From assembly GCA_963741035.1 (NCBI GenBank), contig CAVUGX010000043.1, forward strand, positions 25,899-89,898: a DNA stretch of 64,000 nucleotides, written 5' to 3'. Origin of the DNA: an uncultured delta proteobacterium. GTDB lineage: Bacteria; Desulfobacterota; Syntrophobacteria; Syntrophobacterales; Syntrophobacteraceae. The position numbers were made by a program, and so were the translations under genes. Shown piece after piece: positions 15,360 to 24,036 of the stretch. Under the pieces are notes generated by a model. It did no database searches and was not told where the DNA came from. It saw nothing but the letters and a program-made list of their open reading frames with translations. How positions within the stretch are numbered: the stretch's first letter is position 1; each line of letters begins with the position of its first letter.

Positions 15360-17072
15360 TCAGACCATAACAGCCGATGCGGCCTCCTCGAGAGTGGTTA
15401 TGCCACGAAGGACCTTGTTCGCGGCATCAGCTTTCAGGGTCTGGAGCTTTCCCGCTTCCTGGGCGGCCCGGGCGATCTCCTGCGCCGGCTTTCTGCGCAG
15501 GATCATGTCCTGCACCATCTCGTCATTCACTAGAATTTCGAAAATGCCCGTCCTGCCCTTATGCCCGGTATTGTTGCAGTTGAAACAGCCCCTGCCCCGC
15601 ATGAAGTTTGCCTCCTTCCAATCATAGATCCCAAAGTGCTCGAGGGCTTTTTCCGGCGGCGTGTAGGGCTCCTTGCAAAATGGGCAGACGGTGCGCACCA
15701 GGCGCTGCGCAAAGGAGACGAGGAGCACCGAGGAGACGAGGAAAGGCTCGATTCCCATGTCAATGAGGCGGGTTATGGCGCCGGCGGCATCGTTTGTATG
15801 AATGGTGCTAAGGAGCCTGTGACCGGTGAGAGCCGCTTGAACTGCGATCGCCGCCGTCTCGCGGTCCCGGATTTCTCCGACCATGATAACGTCCGGGTCC
15901 TGGCGAAGGACCGAGCGGAGCCCGCTGGCGAAAGTCATGCCGGCCTTGGTGTTGAGCTGAACCTGTCTGATCCTTTCGACCCGGTATTCGACGGGGTCTT
16001 CAAGAGTTATGATATTGGTGTCGGGCTGGTTCACTTCCCGCAAAATAGCGTACAGGCTGGTGCTCTTGCCGCTCCCGGTCGGTCCGGTGCTAAGGATCAT
16101 GCCGTAGGGCTTGCGGATCGCGCCGTGGATCTTTTCCCTGTCGGGTTCCGACATGCCGAGTTTGTCGAGTGTGTAGTGCCGGGCGTTCATATCGAGCAGG
16201 CGGAGCACCATGTTTTCACCGTGAATAGTCGGGAGGGTGGATGCCCGGATGTTGATTTCGCGGTTGTCCATCCTGACTGTAAAACGCCCGTCCTGCGGGA
16301 CCCTTAGCACGGCAATGTCCATGCCGGCAAGGATTTTGGCCCTTGATATGATCGGGAGCAGCATGGACTTGGGGGGAGCGGGCGCGTCGTGGAGCTTTCC
16401 GTCTATTCGGAACCGCACCGAAGCGCTGTCCTTTTCGGGACTCAAGTGAATGTCGCTCGCCCCGTCCCTGACGGCCTGGGCTATTACGGAGTTAACCAGG
16501 CTCACGACCGGGGCCTGCTGTATCATGTCCATCAGGGACCCGACCTGGATTTCCTCGGCAGCCACCGCAGCAGTGGCGGATTCGGGTTCGGACCTGACCT
16601 GCATCTCCTCCAGGCTGCCCATGACCTCACCGAGGCTGCTGTGCATTCCGTAGATGGTGTTGCGAAGCTGGTTCAACATGCGTTCGGAACAGATAACCGG
16701 TTCGATCTCCCGGCCCGTAAGGGTCTCGATCATATCCAGGGTCTCGATGTTGGTTGGATCTGTCATGGCGATGGTAAGGACCCGACCGCTCCTCTTTAGA
16801 GGCACGCAGTTAAACTTGAGCGACATGTCGGACGAGAGAACGCCGGCAATCTGCATATCTATGGGATATTGCGCGGGGGTATATTCTTTCAGATTCAACT
16901 GGCGGCACAGCAGGTCTATGATGTTCGGCTCATCCACGAGCCCTTGCCGGGTCAGGTATTGTCCCAGCATGAGGCCGGTTTTTTTACTTGCGGCCAGGGC
17001 CTCCTGAAGCTGCTCTTCGGTAAGCAGCCCGGCCTTCACGATCATTTCCCCGAGTCTTTCCCTTTTCTTCAC
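15360..17072 (-). CDS. pilB: Type IV pilus assembly ATPase PilB/MshE (GspE family) with an N-terminal MshEN-type domain
   Basis: Walker A is GPTGSGKST. The tetracysteine motif is CPFC...CFNC. The N-terminal RLGEMIVKAGLLTEEQLQEALAAS and MLGQYLTRQGLVDEPNIIDLLCRQ match the tandem 24-residue MshEN pattern. The start is GTG. Confidence 0.9.
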   Translation of the reverse strand: MKKRERLGEMIVKAGLLTEEQLQEALAASKKTGLMLGQYLTRQGLVDEPNIIDLLCRQLNLKEYTPAQYPIDMQIAGVLSSDMSLKFNCVPLKRSGRVLTIAMTDPTNIETLDMIETLTGREIEPVICSERMLNQLRNTIYGMHSSLGEVMGSLEEMQVRSEPESATAAVAAEEIQVGSLMDMIQQAPVVSLVNSVIAQAVRDGASDIHLSPEKDSASVRFRIDGKLHDAPAPPKSMLLPIISRAKILAGMDIAVLRVPQDGRFTVRMDNREINIRASTLPTIHGENMVLRLLDMNARHYTLDKLGMSEPDREKIHGAIRKPYGMILSTGPTGSGKSTSLYAILREVNQPDTNIITLEDPVEYRVERIRQVQLNTKAGMTFASGLRSVLRQDPDVIMVGEIRDRETAAIAVQAALTGHRLLSTIHTNDAAGAITRLIDMGIEPFLVSSVLLVSFAQRLVRTVCPFCKEPYTPPEKALEHFGIYDWKEANFMRGRGCFNCNNTGHKGRTGIFEILVNDEMVQDMILRRKPAQEIARAAQEAGKLQTLKADAANKVLRGITTLEEAASAVMV

Positions 17073-17087
17073 GGCTGCACCGGCAAA

Positions 17088-18737
17088 TTAGAATTTCGCA
17101 TAGAAAAATGTTCCCTTATCCCGTCCGTCAACAATTCTACTTCCCGATGACAGTTGAGGCGGCAATGCCTTCATGGCGGCCGCAGCCGCTTGCTCATCGC
17201 GGCAGCACCCGCCAAGGAATATCCCGAACCTCAGGCCTTCGCGCCTGTTCCAGTGGGGAACAAGCTTGAGGGGCAGAGAGTCCCGTGAATACTTCCGAAC
17301 AAGATCATAGCCTTCCTGGAGCGTTGAGGCCACCGCAACTTGAACCAGCATACCTTTCTTCGGAGGAGGCACTGTGGCGGGTGCAGGAAAAGTGATAACC
17401 TGGTTTATCGGCAGTTTATCGATATTCTTGAGGCCGCGGTTTGCCTGAGCCACGACCCTCTGAAGCCGGGCATCGTGAGAGCCGTAAACTCTCCGCAACA
17501 TCTGGTTCAAATTTTCCCCGTGAGTTACGACAATCCGGCCAAGCATGGCGGGCGGGCCTTCGGCTAAAGGGGCGGGAGTCACGGGGACCGGAACGCTATC
17601 GCTTTGAGCTGCCACGGGTTCAGGAACCGCAGGCGCAGATTCGAGCATTGTCTCGGAAGCCGGCACCTCGCCGGGATCGTTTGCAGATTTGTCCTGTGGG
17701 GGAGGGGGCTTTTCTACGGCCGGGACCGTCATTTCCGTGCCGTGCACCGTTGCCCCGGCCGGTTGCGGTTCGTCCTGAGAAGAGGTTGTCTGCGGCTTTA
17801 GCGATCCTGGAATGATCGAGTGCACAATGTTTCCCGGTCCGAATCGCAGCAGGATCGCGGCAACCAGAACGATCGCTCCCGATGCCGCGGCCCACCGCCA
17901 TCTTGCCGGGCGCACGGGAAAAGCCATCCGCGCGCACCAGTTAACCAGTCTCCATCCCGCCTTTTTCCGGTTTTGAATTATCATCGTCAGCATAGCGCGG
18001 TGGCACAGGTGGATGATTTTCCGAGGATAACCGCCTGTTGCCCTGTATGCCGCAAAGTAGCCGGGTAGACTGAAGAGGTCGGGAAGCTTGTAGCCTTCCT
18101 TCGCCTGGTTGAGCCGGAAGCGGATCATTGACCTGGTTTCACCGAAATCGAGAGGCCCGAGATAATGAATCAGGTTAATTCGATCGGTAAAGTTGGGGTA
18201 AGCCGAAAGGACTTCCTGGAACTCCTGTTGCGCAAAAATGACGATCTGGAGCAGCTTGTATTCGTTCATCTCGAAGTTCAAAAGCTCCCGCAAAATTTCG
18301 ACAAAAAAGGCGGCGATCTTCTGACCCTCGTCCACAATGAGCGCCACGATCTTCTGTTCTTCAACACCTTTTTGGAAAAGATATTTCTGTATATTGTCCT
18401 TCAGCTTCCACTCGCTGGTCTCGCTTCCTGCGGGAGGCAACCCGAAAAGTTCATTGAGCGCTGACAGGCACTCGATTGGGTTTTTGAAATCGGGGTCGAG
18501 TATCAGGTGGGTTTCTATTCCTTCGTCTTCGGAAAACTTGCGGATAAGCTGCCGGCTGAGCGTTGTCTTCCCCGTGCCAACCTCGCCCATGACGACATTT
18601 AGCCCGCGGCGCATGCGAACCGCGATCTCCAGCTTCTGAAGACAGGAAACGTGCTTGCGGGACTGAAAGAAGAACTCAGGGTCCGGCGAGTTGGAGAAAG
18701 GCTCTTTGACCAGCCCGAGAACTTTGAAATAATTCAT
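17088..18737 (-). CDS. ExeA/MshM-like AAA+ ATPase with a Pro-rich linker and C-terminal LysM-like and SPOR-like peptidoglycan-binding regions
   Basis: The start was moved to MNYFKVLGL at 18737, with a GGAG 11 nt upstream. Walker A is GEVGTGKTT. A TM segment lies near residue 300. The LysM-like stretch is GENLNQMLRRVYG...INQVITFP, and the tail is SPOR-like. Confidence 0.75.
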   Translation of the reverse strand: MNYFKVLGLVKEPFSNSPDPEFFFQSRKHVSCLQKLEIAVRMRRGLNVVMGEVGTGKTTLSRQLIRKFSEDEGIETHLILDPDFKNPIECLSALNELFGLPPAGSETSEWKLKDNIQKYLFQKGVEEQKIVALIVDEGQKIAAFFVEILRELLNFEMNEYKLLQIVIFAQQEFQEVLSAYPNFTDRINLIHYLGPLDFGETRSMIRFRLNQAKEGYKLPDLFSLPGYFAAYRATGGYPRKIIHLCHRAMLTMIIQNRKKAGWRLVNWCARMAFPVRPARWRWAAASGAIVLVAAILLRFGPGNIVHSIIPGSLKPQTTSSQDEPQPAGATVHGTEMTVPAVEKPPPPQDKSANDPGEVPASETMLESAPAVPEPVAAQSDSVPVPVTPAPLAEGPPAMLGRIVVTHGENLNQMLRRVYGSHDARLQRVVAQANRGLKNIDKLPINQVITFPAPATVPPPKKGMLVQVAVASTLQEGYDLVRKYSRDSLPLKLVPHWNRREGLRFGIFLGGCCRDEQAAAAAMKALPPQLSSGSRIVDGRDKGTFFYAKF

Positions 18738-18744
18738 TTCAACA

Positions 18745-18832
18745 CTCCAGTGAATGGTGAATAGTGAATAGAAAAAGCGAAAGAAAATAATTCCTTTTGG
18801 CTCTATCACTTTGCGAGGAGCAGTGGGTGGCA
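18745..18832 (-). repeat. ~85 nt element shared with 6414-6500, immediately upstream of the mshM-like start codon
   Basis: The reverse complement reads cacccactgctcctcgcaaagtgatagagccaaaaggaattattttctttcgctttttctattcactattcaccattcac. Confidence 0.7.
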
Positions 18833-18920
18833 CACGTGCACCCGCCGCCGAACCTGTTCACTCAATTCGCCTTTTTTCCCTTTCCTCTTCACTGCCCACT
18901 GCCCTTGCTGTTCTTATCTG

Positions 18921-18960
18921 TTCACTATTCACCATTCACTATTCACTATTCACTATTCAG
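18921..18960. repeat. Heptamer array (TTCACTA x5-6) containing the pilQ stop codon
   Basis: The sequence is ttcactattcaccattcactattcactattcactattcag. Positions 18921-18938 form a perfect 18-bp inverted repeat with 18751-18768. Confidence 0.75.
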
Positions 18961-20553
18961 CTCCGGAAGGAGGTGGGGCGTTATAAAAATGAGCGTGTCC
19001 TCCAGGTCCTCCGTGTGTCCGTCCGATCTGAAAAGCGCGCCCAGAATAGGCAGATCCTTGAGTCCAGGCATGCCCACATTCGATTTGGTCGTCGTATTCT
19101 GAGTAAGACCGGCGATCACGATCGTCTCGCCATTTCTGCAGATAAGGGTCGTCCGGGTCTGTTTTTTGTCGATGACCGGATTGCCGGAAACCTCGTGCGT
19201 GAAGTCCACCTCGTCGTTTGTTACGAGTATCTGGAGTTTGAGATAGTCGTCGGAGATGACATGCGGTGTTATCTCGAGTCTCAAGACGGCATCTACGAAC
19301 TGGACCTCCGTGCCTCCCAGGGAGGTGGTCGAAACATAGGGGACCTTTTGGCCGTTCTCGGTATATGCCATTTGGTTGTCGAGCGTCGATACCGACGGGG
19401 TGGAGAGGATTTTCAGCAAGCTTTTCGACTGAAGGGCCGTGAGCTGCATATCCAATATATTCCCCGCGATTTTCCCGTACAATAGACCGAGACTGCCGCT
19501 TCCCGCCGCCAGCTGGGTCGCGGTGATGTTGGCGGGAAAATTCATTCCAAACCCTTGGCCGCTGATGCCCGTTACGCCTGTCTGGGGATTATAAGTATCC
19601 GTGGTGACGCCTGTGGTCGCATTAGTTGTCACCGTGCCGTTTGTACCTCCCGGTGTCACGCCGATATTTCCGGGTTTATAGAACCCGCCCCATTGAATGC
19701 CGAGCTCCAAGGCGGTTTGTTTTGAGGTCTGCACAATTATCGATTCTATATTGATCTGCCGGCCCGGCGTGTCCACTTGCCTGACAATTTCGGTTATTTT
19801 CTTCAGGTCGTCGCTGATCGCGTTGACAAGAAGAGCATTCGTGTGCTCGTGAACTGTAATCGACCCTCTCGCCTGGCCCTTATCATCCTTTGTAAGGTAA
19901 TCTTTGAGCTTCTCCTGGAGCTTCACGGGGTCGGCGTACCGCAACGGCAGGATCTTGAGCACCAGTGGCTCGTAGGCGATCCGGTTCAAGTCCTGGCTCC
20001 TCAGCTTCTCGATCTGCGTCCCGAGCCTGACTTCGTTTTCCTTGTCTGCGACCGACATGACGCGAATGAGGTCCCCTTCCCATGCCCAGGTGAGGGAATT
20101 GACCCTTAATACCCCAAGAAAAGCCTCGTCCCATGGGATGTTCTCGATATCGACGCTGATGTTTCCCTTGACGCTGTCGTTCATGATTATATTCTGGTTT
20201 ACGGACCTGGCCAGGGCACGCAGGACCACGACCAGATCGGCATTGTGCATTCGAACGTACACCTTCTGCTTTGACAGTTGCCTTTCCGGCGTTTGAGCCT
20301 TCGCATGCTCCGGAACGGCTCGTTTGACACTTTCGGGGAGTTCGATCTCCTGCTTCTCGGCGGTAGGCGAATGTCCTTTTGATTCCTCAGCCATCGCCTT
20401 CCAATCCCTGGGCGGCACTTCCGGCTTGACCTGCTTGGGTGCGGGAGGTTGGGCGCAGGAAATCATGGAAAACATCAGCAGTGCCCCAAAAATGGCGGCC
20501 CATGCCATCCGCTTACTCCTCCTCATAGGGAAAGCCGTGAGAGCCCCTCGCAT
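18946..20553 (-). CDS. pilQ: Type IV pilus secretin PilQ/MshL
   Basis: The lipoprotein-like signal is LLMFSMISC. Secretin N-domains are present. The C-terminal secretin motif is GMPGLKDLPILGALFRS...LIFITPHLL. The protein ends ...ELNSE inside a heptamer array. Confidence 0.9.
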   Translation of the reverse strand: MRGALTAFPMRRSKRMAWAAIFGALLMFSMISCAQPPAPKQVKPEVPPRDWKAMAEESKGHSPTAEKQEIELPESVKRAVPEHAKAQTPERQLSKQKVYVRMHNADLVVVLRALARSVNQNIIMNDSVKGNISVDIENIPWDEAFLGVLRVNSLTWAWEGDLIRVMSVADKENEVRLGTQIEKLRSQDLNRIAYEPLVLKILPLRYADPVKLQEKLKDYLTKDDKGQARGSITVHEHTNALLVNAISDDLKKITEIVRQVDTPGRQINIESIIVQTSKQTALELGIQWGGFYKPGNIGVTPGGTNGTVTTNATTGVTTDTYNPQTGVTGISGQGFGMNFPANITATQLAAGSGSLGLLYGKIAGNILDMQLTALQSKSLLKILSTPSVSTLDNQMAYTENGQKVPYVSTTSLGGTEVQFVDAVLRLEITPHVISDDYLKLQILVTNDEVDFTHEVSGNPVIDKKQTRTTLICRNGETIVIAGLTQNTTTKSNVGMPGLKDLPILGALFRSDGHTEDLEDTLIFITPHLLPELNSE

Positions 20554-20621
20554 ATAGTATTCTCCCCCCTCCTCACGTTCTTCGGTTGTGGATTGCCTCT
20601 GCCGGCTCGAATTCGCCTTGG

Positions 20622-21131
20622 TTAGAATATCTGACCGGTATAAGGTACGGAGAGCTTCCCCTGTTTTTCCTTACCCTCCAATACCACTACCCCCGGGGCG
20701 ATGGCGCTGACGATATAGCCCCCCGACTGCAGCATCTCGCCCACTTCGTATTCCATGCCGTTGATGACGGCAAGCCGCTTTGTGCCCGTGTCAATAAAGC
20801 CGGTGTAAGAAAAATTCGAGTCCCGTGCCTGCCCCTGTCCTGACTCTGCCGCGGCCGCCAGGCTTTTCCCGATGAAAGGGTCTTTCGACCACGCGGTATC
20901 CGCCAGCTCCAGAATAAGTTTTTCGGTCTTTGTAAGGTCCTCTTTGCTCATCTCTTCGGAAATCTTTGTTGTCAGTTCACGCAATTCGGTGAGTCTGGCC
21001 TGAGATGATGAAGATACATCGGCTTTGCCTGAAAAGGGCGACGGAACAAAAGATATGAGAGCGATAAGAATAACCACCACCATCAGTGCAACGATTATCT
21101 TTTCCCGCTTGTTCACCGATCTTCCTTTCAA
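20622..21131 (-). CDS. PilP/MshK-like pilus assembly protein
   Basis: It has a single N-terminal TM and a C-terminal beta domain (YTGFIDTGTKRLAVINGMEYEVGEML). It sits between the pilO-like gene and pilQ. Confidence 0.6.
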   Translation of the reverse strand: MKGRSVNKREKIIVALMVVVILIALISFVPSPFSGKADVSSSSQARLTELRELTTKISEEMSKEDLTKTEKLILELADTAWSKDPFIGKSLAAAAESGQGQARDSNFSYTGFIDTGTKRLAVINGMEYEVGEMLQSGGYIVSAIAPGVVVLEGKEKQGKLSVPYTGQIF

Positions 21132-21145
21132 GCAGCTAAATAGAG

Positions 21146-21709
21146 TTATTTTTTTAATGCAATCTTCATTTTCAGATTGTACTCCTTGTACCCGGAAACG
21201 TCCTGCACCCGCACCTCATCGAGACTGTTCACGTAGGAAAGATTTCTAAGATCGAGCAGGAAACCTCGAAAAGCGAAAAAGTCGCCGCGTGCGGCAACAT
21301 TGACAATAAGCAGGTTGGAGCCGCCCGCCAAAGATGTGGGGTCCGGAATCACCGAAATGGTTTCGATATTTGATTTTTTCGCTACCTCACGAAGTATTTC
21401 CGCGATGTGGTCCACCTGGCCCTGAGCGAGTCCATCCCTGGGTACAGGCGCCTCGGATACAGCCTTGAGACGGGTCTTGGCCAGCAGTTCGCTATATATG
21501 GGAAACAACAACTTCTGTTCCTCGAGCCGGCCCTTGGCTTCGGTAATTTCGCTGCCCAGCTTTCGGATGGACATTTGAGAGGGATAATTGGCAATCATCA
21601 TTAAAACGACAATTGCCGCCGAATAAAGCACAATCCGTGATAAAACCTCTTTGGGGACCCGGATGGGTTTACCGTTTTTCATAACGACAACTCTCTCATA
21701 CCAGGCCAA
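21146..21709 (-). CDS. PilO/MshJ-like pilus assembly protein
   Basis: It has an N-terminal TM, a coiled-coil region and a ferredoxin-like C-terminal region. It sits after the fused pilMN. The start is uncertain, with an alternative ATG at 21682. Confidence 0.6.
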   Translation of the reverse strand: MAWYERVVVMKNGKPIRVPKEVLSRIVLYSAAIVVLMMIANYPSQMSIRKLGSEITEAKGRLEEQKLLFPIYSELLAKTRLKAVSEAPVPRDGLAQGQVDHIAEILREVAKKSNIETISVIPDPTSLAGGSNLLIVNVAARGDFFAFRGFLLDLRNLSYVNSLDEVRVQDVSGYKEYNLKMKIALKK

Positions 21710-23609
21710 TTGTCAGCATGAACCGGAGTACCTCGCCTTCGTCCTGGTAGAACTCAATTTTGCTCGACTGCACCGCCGGGTCCGCAAAAATAGCTGAAAA
21801 ACCCAGCCGCATCAGGTACCGCGTAAGAGTAGCCTCCAGTACAAGACGATCTCCCCTGACTATGCCATCGAGGATTAGCGTCTTCTGAGCTTCTTTGGCT
21901 GGTGACCCGGCGGCAGCCCCCCTGGCCTGTTGGGCCGGAGCGCCGGCAAGGTCCATTGTTATGCTGATGAGGCGCACATTTTCGGGAGTAAGGGCAGACA
22001 GTTCGCTTAGCACCGCCATGGGCATGAAGCCCCTGCTCAACTCTCTCAGGCTCTGGATATGGGATTTGGCCTTAGCCTCGGTCTGGATTATCATATTCTG
22101 ATCGACCGGAGGGTTGTACCGCGCCAACTGCTGTTGGAGGTTCGCGAGTTCGTGTTTCCTTGTCTCAATGATACGCCCTTGCCACATGTACACTCCTGCA
22201 AGGATGCACATTATGAAAAATGAGGCTAGCGCTATACCCCGATTGATAAAGCCGATTTTTTCCGATTCCTGCTTTTCCGAGTAAGTAAAAAGCAGGTTGG
22301 GCGTGCGGGCGTTCGAGAGGGCCAGGCCGAGCGCAGAGGAATAGGCGAGCCTCTCGTTTACTGAAGCAGGAAGGATCACGTTGCTCTGGAAGTTCACCTC
22401 GGGAGAGAGGGGATCAAGGACTTCGCCCTGGAGGCCAAGCTGGTCTCCAATGTATTTACTGAGCCTTTCCCAATTTCGAAGGACCCCTGAGATATAAATC
22501 TTGCTCACACTGACGGGGTCGGCAGTTTTCGAATGATGGTGAAGAGTCATTTCGATCTGCCTCGCCAGCCTTTCGACAGCAGGGCCGACAGCCTGGAAGA
22601 CTTCCTCCTCTTCCTGGCCGTCCATGAGCCTATGACCTGAATCAGAGCCGAGGCTGACAAGCAGGTTACGGGCACGATCCCGTTCGGGATTGCCGACCCT
22701 GTCGGGGGGAGCGGCCGTTTCCTCCGGACGGGCTCCGGGTGGCAGGGCGTCGCTTGGCGGGATCGAGCCGAGCGGCGTACCCGTGGACTTCATAAGACAC
22801 TCGGCCATACTGTTCAGGCCGGTTTTTATCGCGCGCGTTAAAATGAGATTTCCATTCGAGAAGATATGGATGCGCGAAATATCGTCCTCGATATGAAGGC
22901 AGGCGACAGAGTCATTTGAACCCGGCATCCATCCGGTTTGGAACAGGTTCTGAGTAACAAAAGGGTTTAAAGTTATTCCTGAAAGTGGCAGACCGCTGTT
23001 TGAAAAAATATCCTTTATCTTCCGGGCCTCCTCGGCTGGAATGATGTAGGCGCGGATCAGCAGCTTTGTAACCCCTTTTTCCCGGACCTCGCCCTGGACA
23101 TCGAAATCAAAGACCGACTTGTCGTCGAAGTCAACCTCCTTTTTCATTGTCCAGTAGACGGCATTGAAAATCTGTTTCTTGGATACTTTCGGGACTCGAA
23201 GGTGACGAATCTCCTCGTGCGAAGAAGGTGCAAGCGCCCAGAGACTATAGTTTCTCGATGAGTTCACGAAATCGAGAACGGCGTATCTAAGAAACTCACC
23301 GAAATTTGAGGAATCTTGTGATGGGCAGGTTACCGAACGAAGGTCCAGGAGTTGTGCCTTTCGATCCGACCCCGCGCTGACTTTAACCAGCCTTACCTCA
23401 CCAGGACCAAAATCGATTCCGACCACGACCCGCTTGCGAGCCGGAAATGGATTCTTTATTATAGGCATCCATCTGTGAGAGACCCCGGCAGCATTGATCT
23501 GCTCGTGGCCGGCAGTGCGGGGCTGCGAGGCAGAGGAATTGCCGCGAATCACTTCGAGCAGCCTTTCGGTCGAAGAAATCTCATCCATTTTCGACGAGTC
23601 TTTACGCAT
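21696..23609 (-). CDS. Fused PilM-PilN (MshI-like) pilus assembly protein
   Basis: The N-terminal actin-like ATPase fold signature is VVGIDFGPGEVRLVKV. A TM segment lies near residue 470 (IALASFFIMCILAGVYMW) and is followed by a PilN-like periplasmic region. Confidence 0.75.
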   Translation of the reverse strand: MRKDSSKMDEISSTERLLEVIRGNSSASQPRTAGHEQINAAGVSHRWMPIIKNPFPARKRVVVGIDFGPGEVRLVKVSAGSDRKAQLLDLRSVTCPSQDSSNFGEFLRYAVLDFVNSSRNYSLWALAPSSHEEIRHLRVPKVSKKQIFNAVYWTMKKEVDFDDKSVFDFDVQGEVREKGVTKLLIRAYIIPAEEARKIKDIFSNSGLPLSGITLNPFVTQNLFQTGWMPGSNDSVACLHIEDDISRIHIFSNGNLILTRAIKTGLNSMAECLMKSTGTPLGSIPPSDALPPGARPEETAAPPDRVGNPERDRARNLLVSLGSDSGHRLMDGQEEEEVFQAVGPAVERLARQIEMTLHHHSKTADPVSVSKIYISGVLRNWERLSKYIGDQLGLQGEVLDPLSPEVNFQSNVILPASVNERLAYSSALGLALSNARTPNLLFTYSEKQESEKIGFINRGIALASFFIMCILAGVYMWQGRIIETRKHELANLQQQLARYNPPVDQNMIIQTEAKAKSHIQSLRELSRGFMPMAVLSELSALTPENVRLISITMDLAGAPAQQARGAAAGSPAKEAQKTLILDGIVRGDRLVLEATLTRYLMRLGFSAIFADPAVQSSKIEFYQDEGEVLRFMLTIGLV

Positions 23610-24036
23610 GGTTTTCCGATCGATCCAGGAAAGTCCCGGATAGCTCTTTAGTGTTTAGAATGTTTGGGATTTGTCGAGAGCTACCCACCACATCATATCG
23701 GCTGTTTTTTCTTTGATGGCAATCATACTTAAAGCGCACAGATTCATCAATTGATTTTCCTGAAAGCAATAGTGATGGAGCCGGAGTTACGGTCAATAAG
23801 TCTTTAATTCTGGTCCCGGACCCTCTTTATGGTTGCCTCATCCGGAGTGTTCCGGGAACCCCCGGGCTTCTCAAGGGCGGGCCTTCCCTGGTAATAGCAA
23901 TGACCACCTGTAACCATCTTTTAACTTGCATCTCACAAAACCGTCATAGAAGACTTCTATACTCTCGCCATTTCACAATAAGAAAAAATTAGTACGGAAC
24001 GCCTCTATTCAACTGAAAAGCAGGAGCTTGAATCTT

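Noticed and set aside
15561-16307. 248 aa plus-strand ORF and several smaller ones inside pilB
   Set aside because: They are antisense to a GspE-family ATPase with intact Walker motifs.
18921-18960. Heptamer and octamer tandem arrays considered as CRISPR arrays
   Set aside because: The repeat period is only 7-8 nt, there are no unique spacers, and no cas genes are present. They are not CRISPR.
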